32,265 nucleotides of DNA from a virus. Taxonomy: Duplodnaviria; Caudoviricetes. Every line of letters starts with the position of its first letter. Within the stretch, counting starts at the first letter, position 1. Shown here piece after piece: positions 1 to 10,600 of this stretch. Under the pieces are notes generated by a model. That model was not told the DNA's origin. It searched no databases and saw only the letters and a list, made by a program, of their open reading frames with translations. Both the position numbers and the translations under genes were made by a program. The stretch lies in IMG/VR virus record IMGVR_UViG_3300000872_000018, positions 1 through 32,265 of that record. One strand, given 5' to 3'.

Positions 1-429
1 TCAAACAGGGTTTCCCGGTAGTGGCGTCGTCCCTTTCAAGGCCTGCATCACCCGTGCGAGCTGTGCGAGATCAAGGTCTTTACCCTGGCCACCGCTTTTC
101 CTCTGGTGGGCCTGCAGGCGCAGGAGCTCGAGCACAGTCTCAGCGAGCCTGCTAAGGGCTTCGGGATTCTGCTCGATGGCAGCCGCAGCCTGCTCGCTGT
201 ATAACGGGTTCGGTACCTCGAGGCCCCTTTCAGGCAGTGATGTATTGGTAAAAAAACGCAGGACTACGTTCACAAGGGCAAAGAGCAATGTCACCGCAAT
301 GGTCGCCGTAGCCGGATCAAGCGGGATCCCTTTGGCGGCCGCCCAGGAACACAATAAAGCCGCCAGTACCGCATTGATCTTGATGGTTTTGCTTTTGAAC
401 ATGCCTTTCAACAGATTGCCGTCTCCCAT
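1..429 (-). CDS. Putative holin-like membrane protein
   Basis: KSKT motif, then two hydrophobic segments (INAVLAALLCSWAAA; ATIAVTLLFALVNVVLRFFT). GGAGGAG RBS upstream. Located at the distal end of the late operon. Confidence 0.55.
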   Translation of the reverse strand: MGDGNLLKGMFKSKTIKINAVLAALLCSWAAAKGIPLDPATATIAVTLLFALVNVVLRFFTNTSLPERGLEVPNPLYSEQAAAAIEQNPEALSRLAETVLELLRLQAHQRKSGGQGKDLDLAQLARVMQALKGTTPLPGNPV

Positions 430-438
430 GATCTCCTC

Positions 439-864
439 CTATTTTGCCTTCGCTTTCACAGCCTCGAGTTCTTTGGAAAGCTCGCCATAGCGGTCCTCGA
501 TTTTCTCGATCTTCTGCCGGCATTCCTGTCGCGCCTCAAGGCATTTGCCAGCATGCACATAATAAGGAATACCATCGGTGCCGAAGAGGCGCCTGTCGAT
601 GGTCTTGCGAGCCTTCTCGAATTCCTCCCGGATGGCTTTTTCAAGATTGCGGCCAGCCTCTTGGAGGACCGCCTCGAAGGATTCGATCTGGCTGCGCAGG
701 TCGCTGACAGTATCGTCCTGGCGGTCCTGGCGGGTTTCAAGTTTATGGTGGGTGCGCTTGATGCCCTTCACCTGGTACCGCATGACGGCCCAGGCCCCGC
801 CGATGGCCAGAAGGGCCCCTGCCAGTCCGATACCCGCTCCCACCCATGCCGGATTGAATGCCAC
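439..864 (-). CDS. Single-pass membrane protein with coiled-coil tail (lysis-region protein)
   Basis: GTG start with AGGAGGTG RBS; N-terminal TM (WVGAGIGLAGALLAIGGAWAV) followed by a charged helical region. Confidence 0.6.
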   Translation of the reverse strand: MAFNPAWVGAGIGLAGALLAIGGAWAVMRYQVKGIKRTHHKLETRQDRQDDTVSDLRSQIESFEAVLQEAGRNLEKAIREEFEKARKTIDRRLFGTDGIPYYVHAGKCLEARQECRQKIEKIEDRYGELSKELEAVKAKAK

Positions 865-1044
865 GTCACCTCCTATCCCGTTGTTTTAATCATCCCTTCC
901 AGGCCGGGATGAATGCTCCAGAAAACGATTTTCTTTCCCCGTCGATTTTCCCTTTTACGGGCCGCAAATCGTAGAAGATCAATCAGGATCTGGGCGCAGT
1001 CGACATTAGCCAATCCAACCGCATTACCTTCCTGAGCTTCCACC

Positions 1045-1287
1045 TCAGACTTCCAGGAGGCTTTCACCGGGAGGCTGTTCGGCCGGGCGGTGGACGATAA
1101 AGCGCTGGCCGTCGCGGGCCACGATAACGGGCTGGCCGACCGCTGGCGCCTCACCATCCCCATACCCTACCCAGGTAGCCAGCCCGCTTTGCAGCTTCAC
1201 CAGGGCCCGGCGCTGGCCCGTAGAAACGGCCTGCACCGTGCCGGTGGTAAAGGCGCTGGGTTTGCGCTTTAGGATCTGCTCCAGCAT
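1045..1287 (-). CDS. Small tail-tip protein, probable OB-fold (spike/gpV N-terminal-like)
   Basis: TGTVQAV...ALVKL...PAVGQPVIVARD pattern; start overlaps the upstream stop (TAATG). Confidence 0.5.
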   Translation of the reverse strand: MLEQILKRKPSAFTTGTVQAVSTGQRRALVKLQSGLATWVGYGDGEAPAVGQPVIVARDGQRFIVHRPAEQPPGESLLEV

Positions 1288-1868
1288 TAGCGGGTTATCT
1301 CCAGATAAAAATCTATGTCCAGCTCACTGGTCAGGCTGTTTTGCTCGCCGATGATACGGTGGCCGCTCACCTGGCCGGTTATATCGTAGCCACGCCGGGC
1401 GCTGTTTAGCCGGGCCGCCTGGCCCGGCTCCAGCCCGGGCAGGTGCGTGCCCAGGGTAACCGTGCGGGCTTTGTTGCCGTGCGTGTGCGCGTCGATTTCG
1501 GCCGTGGCCCGGCGCTCGATCAAGCGGGCATCGCGGTAAATGCTATGGGAGATTTCGGGCAACTCCACAAAAGGGCCCACCCGCAGCACCCGGGCCGGGT
1601 CGGCGGCCTGGCCGCTGGCCTTAACGTGCCAGGAATACTCGGCCTGGAGCATTGCAATGCTGTCCGCGGCGCCGCCGTCCAGGATCAAAATAATTTCCAC
1701 ACCGCTGCCATAGGCGGCGGAGGTGCCGTAAGCCTGCCGGGCGGTCCCGGCCAGGGCGTCCGTTTCCGATAAATACAGCCCCACCAGAATGCCGCTGCCG
1801 GCATCCTCCAGGCGCACCCACCATTGCCGGTTGTCGGCCAGGTTCCAGGCGGCGATATCAAAGGCCAT
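1287..1868 (-). CDS. Tail/baseplate protein with hub-like C-terminus
   Basis: C-terminal RTVTLGTHLPGLEPGQAARLNS...ITGQV...TSELDI resembles the end of tail hub proteins; coupled to its neighbours. Confidence 0.5.
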   Translation of the reverse strand: MAFDIAAWNLADNRQWWVRLEDAGSGILVGLYLSETDALAGTARQAYGTSAAYGSGVEIILILDGGAADSIAMLQAEYSWHVKASGQAADPARVLRVGPFVELPEISHSIYRDARLIERRATAEIDAHTHGNKARTVTLGTHLPGLEPGQAARLNSARRGYDITGQVSGHRIIGEQNSLTSELDIDFYLEITR

Positions 1869-2808
1869 GTTTAACGCTCCTTAGTCGCTGGGCGATAATC
1901 GCCCGATAGCCGGGCACCTGCCGGATGGCCCGGCAGCTCACGGCCAGGTCCGCCAGGGTGGTGCCGTCGGTGGCCTGAAGGCGGGCCGCCAGGTCGCGCA
2001 TGATCGTGCCATCGGTGGCCATTAGCAGGGCCTTGAGAAACTTGCGGGCCCAGCCCACCGCATGCAAGGGGGCCTGGAGGCTTTGCGTTGCGATAAGCCC
2101 GGCGGTCAGATCAAGGGGCAGGTCAATGCGGACATCCGCGCACATTGCCAAAAAGGTGGCCATGTCCATAAACTCGGTGGCGCTGGCGCGCAGGTCCAGC
2201 CGGGCATCCTCTCTGACCACCGTGCCGGTTTCACCAAAAAAACCGGAACTAAAGCCGGTAGGCACTGAATACGTGAAAGACTCCTGGCCGGCATTGATGG
2301 TCACGTTATAGCCGGACACATTGCCGCCGGCCACCGCCGGATAAAGATCATTCGACACCGTAAACGTTCCCGCCGGGTTCGTGCCAGCGGCGGGGTTACC
2401 GCGCACACCACTAATAAAGCCCCAGCCGGCATTTTCACGATACCAAATTTTGCCATTATCCAAATCGAGGGCCACGCCGACCACTGCGGGGCTGTCAATG
2501 TCTTGAAGGTATAAATTGACGAGTGTGCCCTCATTTCTCACCTGGCCGTTATTATAGACGTAAATATAACACCCCCAGCTCCCCGATACCTGGCCTGGAT
2601 ATTGGCTGGTGCTGAAGGTGGCCGGAACCACGCCGATGGCCTGCCTGTAGGTGGAGCTGGTTATTTCCCAGTACCATTTCCCGGAACTTTTCCCCATGTT
2701 GGCAATAGCGGTTTTCCAGCCGCCGGTGCCGGAAAATGTACGGTTGCCGTTGGAAAGGGTTAAGTCCGCATGCTTGTTGTCCGGGTCCCAGGTGGCCGGC
2801 GTCGTCAT
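1858..2808 (-). CDS. SPRY/concanavalin-A-like domain virion protein (candidate receptor-binding protein)
   Basis: ATG at 2808 with GGAGG-like RBS (GAGGTGG). SPRY signature TWDP...LTLSNGNRT...KSSGKWYWEI...VVGVALDLDNGKIWY...LYPAV...INAGQESFTYSVPTGF. Confidence 0.8.
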   Translation of the reverse strand: MTTPATWDPDNKHADLTLSNGNRTFSGTGGWKTAIANMGKSSGKWYWEITSSTYRQAIGVVPATFSTSQYPGQVSGSWGCYIYVYNNGQVRNEGTLVNLYLQDIDSPAVVGVALDLDNGKIWYRENAGWGFISGVRGNPAAGTNPAGTFTVSNDLYPAVAGGNVSGYNVTINAGQESFTYSVPTGFSSGFFGETGTVVREDARLDLRASATEFMDMATFLAMCADVRIDLPLDLTAGLIATQSLQAPLHAVGWARKFLKALLMATDGTIMRDLAARLQATDGTTLADLAVSCRAIRQVPGYRAIIAQRLRSVKHGL

Positions 2809-3221
2809 GGCACCACCTCGGAAACGCGCCGGGCGGGCGTCCCGGCCAGCCAGCCGCGGGTGGGTCCGCCGCCCCACTCATGGCCGCTGGGCCGCACATC
2901 ATGCACCACGCGCCCGCCGCCGATGCGCCACATATTCACCTGGCCGTCCGCCCGGCCGCAAAGCCAGACAGCCTCCAGCCGAGCCGGGCCGCCGGCCAGG
3001 TTGCGGGACGCCTCAATAAAAAAGTTATAGGCCTCAAAGCCCGCCAGGCGCACCCGGTGGCCGGTGGGCAGGCCAAACGCCAGGGCCTCGATGGCGTGCC
3101 GGGGGTCCATTGCCCCCCAGCCGGGGTCAGTCACGCGCACGTCCCGGGTGGTATGGGTGCCGCCGCCGGCAAACGCAATTTTTAAAGTCCAGGCTTTCAT
3201 GGTCCGATGTCCCGGGGTCAA
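2805..3221 (-). CDS. Hypothetical tail-region protein
   Basis: ORF overlaps its neighbours by 4 nt at both ends; alternative ATG at 3200. Confidence 0.6.
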   Translation of the reverse strand: MTPGHRTMKAWTLKIAFAGGGTHTTRDVRVTDPGWGAMDPRHAIEALAFGLPTGHRVRLAGFEAYNFFIEASRNLAGGPARLEAVWLCGRADGQVNMWRIGGGRVVHDVRPSGHEWGGGPTRGWLAGTPARRVSEVVP

Positions 3222-3874
3222 CTGTAAGTGTAGCGCAGGGCCAGCACGATGGCGCTGTCGGTTTGGGCCGTAAACCCGCTGGGGATCACCTGTTTAATAT
3301 TGAAATACAGGTTTTTGGCGGCGGCCAGGGGCGCCGTGTCCAGGCTCACGCGGCTACTCTCACCCGATAGCGGGGTGCCAGACCAGGTAGCGCTGCCCGG
3401 CGCGGCGTTGGTAGTGGCAATCGCCAAAAGGGTGGAGTCGGCCGGCGTGCCGCCCCCTAGAAAGGCGTCGTCCGCCGCGGCATGGGTGTTGTCGTTCCAG
3501 GCCTCCAGGTAGGGCAGGCCGGCGGTGGGGCCGTCAAAATAAATGGCGAAAACATAACGGGTGTCGCCGCCGTTTTGCCCGCCGTTGGTTGTCCCGGCCA
3601 GGGGCACCTGGTCCAGAATGCTAAGGGAATCATCATTAATAAAAGTCTTGGGCACCTCGATGCTGCCCGAAGCTGGGATGATGGCCGGGTAAATGGCGCC
3701 GGTGTCGCTGTCGCCGTCGTCCTGTTGGGTGTCCAAAAACATCAGCTTGTCATTGGCAAGATCGATCACCACCCAGTTGCTGGAGGCGCCGCCGGTGCCA
3801 CCGGAGGCGTTGCCCGTGTTGGCGCCGTCATTGGCGGTATTGTTATAGAGAAATGTCGTATTAGGCTGCGCCAT
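3218..3874 (-). CDS. Putative virion structural protein (beta-rich, G/T/N/D-rich)
   Basis: ATG with AGGAGGTG RBS; composition typical of tail-appendage proteins; ends LALRYTYS. Confidence 0.7.
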   Translation of the reverse strand: MAQPNTTFLYNNTANDGANTGNASGGTGGASSNWVVIDLANDKLMFLDTQQDDGDSDTGAIYPAIIPASGSIEVPKTFINDDSLSILDQVPLAGTTNGGQNGGDTRYVFAIYFDGPTAGLPYLEAWNDNTHAAADDAFLGGGTPADSTLLAIATTNAAPGSATWSGTPLSGESSRVSLDTAPLAAAKNLYFNIKQVIPSGFTAQTDSAIVLALRYTYS

Positions 3875-4310
3875 TGCAGCACCTCCTTTTAGGGGTTGTG
3901 GTCCGGGGGGCCCGGGGTGCCGGTACGGCCAGGCCCATATCGCGCAGTATTTCCGCCGGGGGTTCGGTATTGTAAAGGGTTTCGCCGCAAAGCGGGCACA
4001 CCCATTGCGAGCGCCAGGGGCCGCCCACCTGGTCCCGGGGGCCGGAGTTGACCGGGAAAAGACTCATGCCGCCGCCGCAGGCCGGGCAGCGGCGCGCCCG
4101 CCGGGCAAAAAGCCGGGCCCGCTGGCGCAGGCGCCGCTCCTTGGCTTGCGCGTTTTCCCGCTGCCGCGCCAGGTAGGCGCGCACGTCATCAAGGGACAGG
4201 TCCTGGGCCTGGAGGCTGTCGGCCAGGGCGACCAGCTCATGCAGGCGCCCGCGGCCAAAGGCGGCCAGGGCGGCGTCAATCGTGGTGGTGCGGCTTTTGC
4301 GCGTTGTCAT
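3861..4310 (-). CDS. Basic zinc-ribbon protein (CPAC...CPLC)
   Basis: ATG at 4310 with GAGGAG RBS just after the hub stop; two CxxC pairs; Arg-rich. Confidence 0.7.
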   Translation of the reverse strand: MTTRKSRTTTIDAALAAFGRGRLHELVALADSLQAQDLSLDDVRAYLARQRENAQAKERRLRQRARLFARRARRCPACGGGMSLFPVNSGPRDQVGGPWRSQWVCPLCGETLYNTEPPAEILRDMGLAVPAPRAPRTTTPKRRCCNGAA

Positions 4311-4317
4311 GTTCTCC

Positions 4318-7188
4318 TCAGCATTGCCATTCGTAATTTTCACGGTAGCGAATATAGTTGCAGGCCACGTCGCGGCGTTCGGTGTCGCCGTCCACCCAGT
4401 CCACCTTGCAGCATTGCTCAGAAACCCGCTCATAGGGCGGACTGTGGGGGATGCAATCGATATCGACGCAGGCCGCGCCATCGAATCCATACCAGTTGTC
4501 CGGGCATGCGCCGCAGGTGCAGCTTTCGAGATAGGGCGCCGTTGATCCACAAGTCAGCCTGATGGTGCGCTCCTCGTAGACTTTCCAGCGGCCGTCAATG
4601 CGCTCGGCCCAGCCGTCCTCAGTGCCGGCTGTCTTTGGCCCGGTGGTCACGCATTCGGCCTTTGTGGCCGGCTGCCCCAGGGGCACCCATTGGCCGTCCG
4701 TGTGGCGCAGGGTGCAGGTGATACTTTCCGCCCGGGCGTCGGTAATGGTGACGCTCACCCCGCCGCAGGCGCCGTCCTCGGCGGTCAAGCTGTTCATGGG
4801 CGTCAGGGTTTGCGGGTTGCCCAGCGTGAAGTTGCCGTCCACCGTCCAATTGTAGGGTGGGGCACCACCGCGCACGCCAATGGTCACCGTTTGGTGGTGG
4901 CCGATCACCTGGGGGTTGCCCGGCGCGCACTCAAATACGGCGGCGTTGCATTCGTCAATACAGTCCTGGAGGGCGTCCGCCTGAATCTCGTTATAGGCCT
5001 CCCAGTAAGCAGAATTGTCGCCGCCCTCCTGCTCCTCGATGCCGCGGTCCTGCGCCACGATTTCGGCAATGGTGCGCCCGCTGGCGTCGTCGTAGGTTTG
5101 GGTCGTGCCGTAAATGGCCAGCTCCGCCCGGCAAATCTGCTCGCAGCTACACCCGATGGCCTGGGCCGCGGTGAAACGCTCGGCCGGGTCCTGGTCGGGG
5201 TTGTCGCTCAAGTTGCCGGGCGCACATAGACCCTCGGGTTGGTAATTGTCGCAGGCCTGCCGCGGAAAGCACCCGGCCACCCCGCCAGACTGGCAGCAAA
5301 CGCGCTCGGTGTTCCAGTCGTCGCCCCCCTCGCAATTGGTGACGCTGCCGTCCTCGGTCATGCACCCGTATTCCAAGTCCTCCAGGCCGTCGGTGTCGCC
5401 GCCGCTGCCGCCGTATCCGCCGGCGTCGGTGTAGTCGTCCGGGGTCTCGCCCGCCAGGGGGTCGGTGGGGTCGGTCACCCTCACGCTGGTCTCGGCCTCT
5501 ATGCCGGCCTCGCGGTTGCTTTTAATCCAGGCCTTGAGGTAGGCCGTGCCGGCCATATCGCCCCTGAACCAATTGCGGGCGCAGCCGTCGGCCGTGTAGG
5601 TCACGGCCAGGTCCTGGCCGGTGGTCAGTTGGGTGGTCAGGTCGATGCGCTTGCCGCTATGGGAGGCGTAGAGGTTGCCGCCGTAGGCCGCGCCGTTGGC
5701 GTCCACCCGGCGCACGTCCACGCTGCCGCCGGCGGCAATATAGTGGTCCACCTGGCACTGGCTCAGGCCCGCCACCTCGTTGGCGGCAGCCGTGCGCTCG
5801 CCGCGGATCTGCACCCGGCCCAGGCGGGCCGTGCCCCAGGACAGGGCCCCCAGCGGCAGGGCGCCGCGCTCGTAATTGTAGGCCAGGCGGCCATCGATCA
5901 CCGGGCCGCTTGCTTCCGCGCAGGTGATCACCTCGGACAGCCCCGCAATGACGATGCTGGAGGGGTTGGCGCGCATGGACAGGGTGGCCGGGCAGCGGCA
6001 GTCATTGCCGATATAAAGCGCAGCCCCGGCGCTGCCGTCGCCCACCTCGGCCGTCACGGTGATATCTTCGGCCACGCTGCCGGCAATCACGTCATTGACG
6101 GCCACGCCGCCCACCATATAGGCCACCCGTACTAGCTGGTCGCAAAAGTCCAGGGGGCGGGCCAGCACAATGGTTTTGTCCTCCAGCGTGTAACCGTAGC
6201 GCAGGAGGTTGTCGGCCCGGGCCAGGTCGGCATAAAGCCAAAGACCTAAAACCTGGCTGGGCGCATATTCCAGGGCCACCTCATAGCGGTTTTGGGCGCG
6301 CACCTCCTCCACCGGCATGAGGGCCTCAACGGTGTTGGTAACGGCAAAGGCCAGGGTGGCCCCCAGGGCATCCAGGCGCCAGTTGACCGCGGCGCCGTCC
6401 ACCGGGTTGCCGTCCGGGTCGGTCAGGCGGGCCAGCACCCGGGCCCGGCTGGCGCCGTCGGCGGGCAGGCAGGGCTCGGGCACCCAAACCGCAATATTGA
6501 GGCTTGCCAGGCTGCCGGCCGGGATGATGCGCACCCGGTTGCCGAAGTCGGGCCACTCGGGGGCCTCGCTGATGGTCTGCCAGTCGTCATCAATAATTGT
6601 GGCCGCGGGTGCTGCCGGGGCATACTCGCGGGCCCGGATCAGCACCCGGCCCAGCCGGTCGCAGGTCAAAAGCGCCCCGGCCAGTTCGGCCAGCTCGCTC
6701 AAAACATCCACGGGGTAGGCGTTTTCCACCTGGTAGGTGTGGGCAAAAATATAAAAGTCCTCGATATCGGCCTGGCTGTCGTCCCAGGAAAGGCCGGCCA
6801 GGGCGCACATTTCGGCGCAGATAGTAAAAAAACTGGTGTCCTGGTCCCACATTTTGGACACCCGGGGGGCAAAGGGGCTGCCCAGGCGGGCGGTCTCCCC
6901 GCGGCCCCAAAGGCCGTCAACCACGTCCTGGTTGATGTCGGAGGATAGCGCCGGCCGCTCGATAAAATACTTGCCCTGGCTCACCCAGGTGTCGGCGGTT
7001 TTGGTGAACACTTCCAGGCTGGGGGCCGCGGGAATGGTGGAGAAGTCCAGGGCGGCATAAAAGGCCGGGTCCGCTATCGTCACGGTCACCTCCCGGCAGT
7101 ACTGGGCCAGGTCGGCGGTGATCTCAAAGCGGGCCACCTTGGCGGTGATATCCACGCCGTCCACTTCTATTTTCCAGTCATAGGGCAT
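4318..7188 (-). CDS. Large tail hub/tip protein with Ig-like segments and a Cys-rich acidic C-terminus
   Basis: 956 aa, two genes after the tape measure. Hub-like N-terminus (WKIEVDGVDIT...), Ig-like LPADGASRARVLARLTDPDGNPVDG, and 26 Cys in the last ~350 aa. Confidence 0.75.
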   Translation of the reverse strand: MPYDWKIEVDGVDITAKVARFEITADLAQYCREVTVTIADPAFYAALDFSTIPAAPSLEVFTKTADTWVSQGKYFIERPALSSDINQDVVDGLWGRGETARLGSPFAPRVSKMWDQDTSFFTICAEMCALAGLSWDDSQADIEDFYIFAHTYQVENAYPVDVLSELAELAGALLTCDRLGRVLIRAREYAPAAPAATIIDDDWQTISEAPEWPDFGNRVRIIPAGSLASLNIAVWVPEPCLPADGASRARVLARLTDPDGNPVDGAAVNWRLDALGATLAFAVTNTVEALMPVEEVRAQNRYEVALEYAPSQVLGLWLYADLARADNLLRYGYTLEDKTIVLARPLDFCDQLVRVAYMVGGVAVNDVIAGSVAEDITVTAEVGDGSAGAALYIGNDCRCPATLSMRANPSSIVIAGLSEVITCAEASGPVIDGRLAYNYERGALPLGALSWGTARLGRVQIRGERTAAANEVAGLSQCQVDHYIAAGGSVDVRRVDANGAAYGGNLYASHSGKRIDLTTQLTTGQDLAVTYTADGCARNWFRGDMAGTAYLKAWIKSNREAGIEAETSVRVTDPTDPLAGETPDDYTDAGGYGGSGGDTDGLEDLEYGCMTEDGSVTNCEGGDDWNTERVCCQSGGVAGCFPRQACDNYQPEGLCAPGNLSDNPDQDPAERFTAAQAIGCSCEQICRAELAIYGTTQTYDDASGRTIAEIVAQDRGIEEQEGGDNSAYWEAYNEIQADALQDCIDECNAAVFECAPGNPQVIGHHQTVTIGVRGGAPPYNWTVDGNFTLGNPQTLTPMNSLTAEDGACGGVSVTITDARAESITCTLRHTDGQWVPLGQPATKAECVTTGPKTAGTEDGWAERIDGRWKVYEERTIRLTCGSTAPYLESCTCGACPDNWYGFDGAACVDIDCIPHSPPYERVSEQCCKVDWVDGDTERRDVACNYIRYRENYEWQC

Positions 7189-7634
7189 TAAAGCATTTTC
7201 TCCACGGGCACCAGGGTGATTTCATAGGACCAGCGGGCATGCCCGTGATAGCTCCATAGAAGATTGCGCCGCAGCTTTAAGCCGTCGGGCCGCAGAAAGC
7301 GCACCCGCCAACAGTTGTAACCGTCGGTAAAAAACCACGCCCCGCCGGTGGCGTAGAGGTTTTGCAGGGCGGCCACGATGGCGGCCGTGAGGGCGTCGGT
7401 GTCGGCAAAGTAAATGCGCTGGTCCGTGATGCGCTCGGGAAACTCCTGAAACACGGCTCCGCCCGCGGTGGCAATCACGCTGCCGCGGCCGGCCTGGCCC
7501 GTAGCGGGGTCGTACTCGCCCCCCAGGGTGGGGTCCTGGTCCAGCTCCACCAGAGTGGCGGGGGCCGGCACGGCGTTCACCGGGTCCAGGGTGGCGCTGA
7601 TGTCCGTACTATAGATGCAGAAACTATGGGGCAT
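7188..7634 (-). CDS. Distal tail protein-like
   Basis: 148 aa, immediately after the tape measure; TAATG coupling to the hub gene. Confidence 0.55.
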   Translation of the reverse strand: MPHSFCIYSTDISATLDPVNAVPAPATLVELDQDPTLGGEYDPATGQAGRGSVIATAGGAVFQEFPERITDQRIYFADTDALTAAIVAALQNLYATGGAWFFTDGYNCWRVRFLRPDGLKLRRNLLWSYHGHARWSYEITLVPVEKML

Positions 7635-7642
7635 GGTTCACC

Positions 7643-10600
7643 TTACCGATGACTTAGACGCATGCGGTCGAGCTCTTTTTCGATCGTTTTGACTGCCTGG
7701 CGGGTGGCGGCCGGCGATCCCACCACGCGCAGGGGGGCTGACACGCCGCCGGCCCGAAGATCCAGGATCATGGTCTCCGTCGGGCCGGCGATGCCGCCGG
7801 AAGCCATCGCCGGCACAGGAATTCCGGCCACCAGACCGCCCAGCTGGGCGCGCACCATACCGGCCACGTCCGGCAGGGCCAGGCGCATACCGTTTAAAGC
7901 GTGAAACAGGCCCGCCCCGTACTTTTGCACCGCTTCCTTGCGGATGATGTATTCCCCGGCCTCCAGAAGACTTCGGATGCGGTCTCCGCCACCGAAGCCC
8001 GGCAGCTTCCCGGAACGGCGCCGGAAGCCCGCCATGCCGCCCCCGGCGTGCTCTTCCACCGTGCGCTGGTGCACGGTGACGTATATATGCTTGGTTTCGT
8101 CGCGGGTGAGATCGTTGATGGCGGCCTGGGCATCTTGCAGGCGCCTAAGGACAATGTCGATATTGGCCTCACGATCGCGGGTGAGCTGCTCCAGCTGCTG
8201 CTCGATGCCGGCAGCCATCTCCTCGGCCTGCTTCCTCATGCGCTCGATCCAGCCGATCTCGGCCTGGTCCAGGGCATCGAGGCCCGTCTTGATCTGCTCA
8301 AGCCCCTGGATGGCCTCGGTGGTGGCCTCTTCGCCCTGGCCGGCGTAGCGCTCCCAGAGGCGCGCAGCATCGTCGAAAAATCGTTTCGCATCGTCCCGGG
8401 CGGCCTCGCTGTCCTCGGCCTGGTAGCGGGCCAACGCTGCGTTGGCCGCCTGGATCTTCTCGATGGCCTGCAGGCGGATGTCGGCAGCCTGTTCTTCCTC
8501 GCTGAGATTGGCGCGCTTGAACTCCCGGATCTTGTCCTCGGTGTCGCTCTCCCGGTCGGCGATGCGGCGGTTGATTTTCTCGATCTCGGCGGCGTATTTC
8601 TCGGCTTCGGCCTTGGCTTTCTCGTAGGCGTCCTTGGCCTTTTTCTCGAATTCGTCGAGCTGATCGGCCGTGGCCTTGACCGCCTCGGCGGGCTTATCCA
8701 TCTCATCGGCCGCATCGGCCGCCGCGTCCCGGACCTTCTCCAGGCCCCTGCGCACCTCACTCAACCGCTTCTTGGCTTCCTCGAGGCCCGCCTGGTTGTC
8801 CGTGCGGTTCATCTGCCCGACGAGCTGCTGGTAGTAAAGCTTGGCCCGGAAGAGTTCCCACTTGAGCGCCTCCAGTTCCTCAGGCGCCTTGCCTGTGATG
8901 TCGTCCGGCACCTGCACGTCCTTCCAGCTGGCGAGGCTATTGACCGCCTTATCGTTTGCGGCAGCGGCTCGCTCGGCAGAGGCCTCGGCCCTCTTGCCCG
9001 CCTTGTAGGCCTGATACATGGCCGTGCCCAAGCGGGCGAGCTGAATCCCCGTAAACACCACCACTCCCGCGAAGGCCGCCTTCATGCCGATCCCGGCGGC
9101 CTTCCACTGGTTGGACATGGCCGTCGCTGCGGCTCCGGCGGTGCGCATTGGGTGCCGGAGCTTTCCCAGGCCCAGAACAATGTCGCCCAGACCCATCTTC
9201 CACAGCTTGAACGCCACGCCGGCAGTGAGCAGCGTGGCGATAAAAATCTTGGTTGGCGTGTCCATCTCGCGCATGCCGTCCATGACCCAACGCATGGCCT
9301 TGAACAGCGGAATCAGGCCCTCGGCCGCCAGGGCCGAAGCGGAAAACAGCAGGTCGGTAAATTCGTTTTTGAGCAGCTTGATCTGGTTTTCCGGGGTGTC
9401 CTTCATCTTGTCGTAGGCCTCTTCCATTGCCCCGGCCGCGCCGTCCATCTTGCCCAGGATCTCCTCGAGCTGCTCGAAATTCTGGGTCAGGGCCAGCACG
9501 CCGGTGCGCGCCTCCACATCCGGGATGAGGAGACGCATCTGGTCGATAGAAAGGCCCTTCTTGCGGATCTGGTCCAGGGTCGGGATCAGTCCCTGCCAGG
9601 TGATACCCAGGGCCTCGAACTGCTTGCGGGCCTCGGGCGCCGGCGCCGCCAGGGCGTTGATGGCGCCCTTCAGGGCCGTGGTGGCCTGGGGCGTGCGGAT
9701 GCCGGCCTTGGTCATGGCCGCGATCGCGGCGGCCACGTCCTGGAACTCGACGTCCGCGGCCCGGGCCGTGGGCAGCACTTCGCCGATGTTCTTGGCGAGC
9801 TGGGGGAACGTGGTGACGCCGGATTTCACCGTCTGGAAAAGCAGGTCATAGACTTCGTCCAAATCGTCGATGGACTTGCCATAGGCGTTGATGACACCGA
9901 TGCCGGCGTTGGCGGCCGTCTTGGTGGTGGTGAGCCCTGCCACAGCCGCCCGCGAGGAGAGCTCCAGGGTGCGGGTGGACTTTTCGAGGGAGACGCCGGC
10001 GGAAAGGATGTCGTATTCGGCGGCCGCCAGTTCACTGGCCGTCTGGGGAATGCGCAGCGCCAGCTTGCGGATCTCTTCCGAAAGCTGTCCCATGCGCTCG
10101 GCGCTGGTGTCGGCAATGGTGTCGATCTCGGCCATGCGCTGGCGGAATTCGCTGTAGTTGCGGAAGGACTGGATAAAAGCGTAGCCGGCCGTGGCCATGC
10201 CCAGAAGGGCGGCGTGGGCCTTGCCGATGGCCGCCGTCCAGCCGCCGGTCTCGGCTTTGAGCTGGGCGGTCTGGCGCCGCAGCTCGCGCTTGGCCCGGAT
10301 CAGCTCGGCCGTGGAAAGGGTGCCGGATTTCTTCAGGGTATCGTAGGCGGACCGCAGGCGACCTATCTCCGCGCGCACCTCGCGGTAGGGGGCCACCTTG
10401 AGCTGGCCTCGGGCGGCCAGCACCTTCTGGGCTTCCCGGGTGGACTGCTCCAGGCGCTTCTGGGCCGCGCCCAGGCGCCGGGTGTCCACCCCGGCCGCCA
10501 CAAGGGACTGGCGCATGGTCTGCAGGCCGTCCCGGTTGGCAATATACGCCTGCTTGAGGGCGCCGGCCTGGCGCTTGGCCTGCTCGAATTCCCGTGCCAT

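Noticed and set aside
4318-5370. Multiheme cytochrome or Sec-containing tail protein
   Set aside because: No CxxCH motifs. The terminal TGC-TGA is directly followed by the RBS and start of the next gene, consistent with a true stop.
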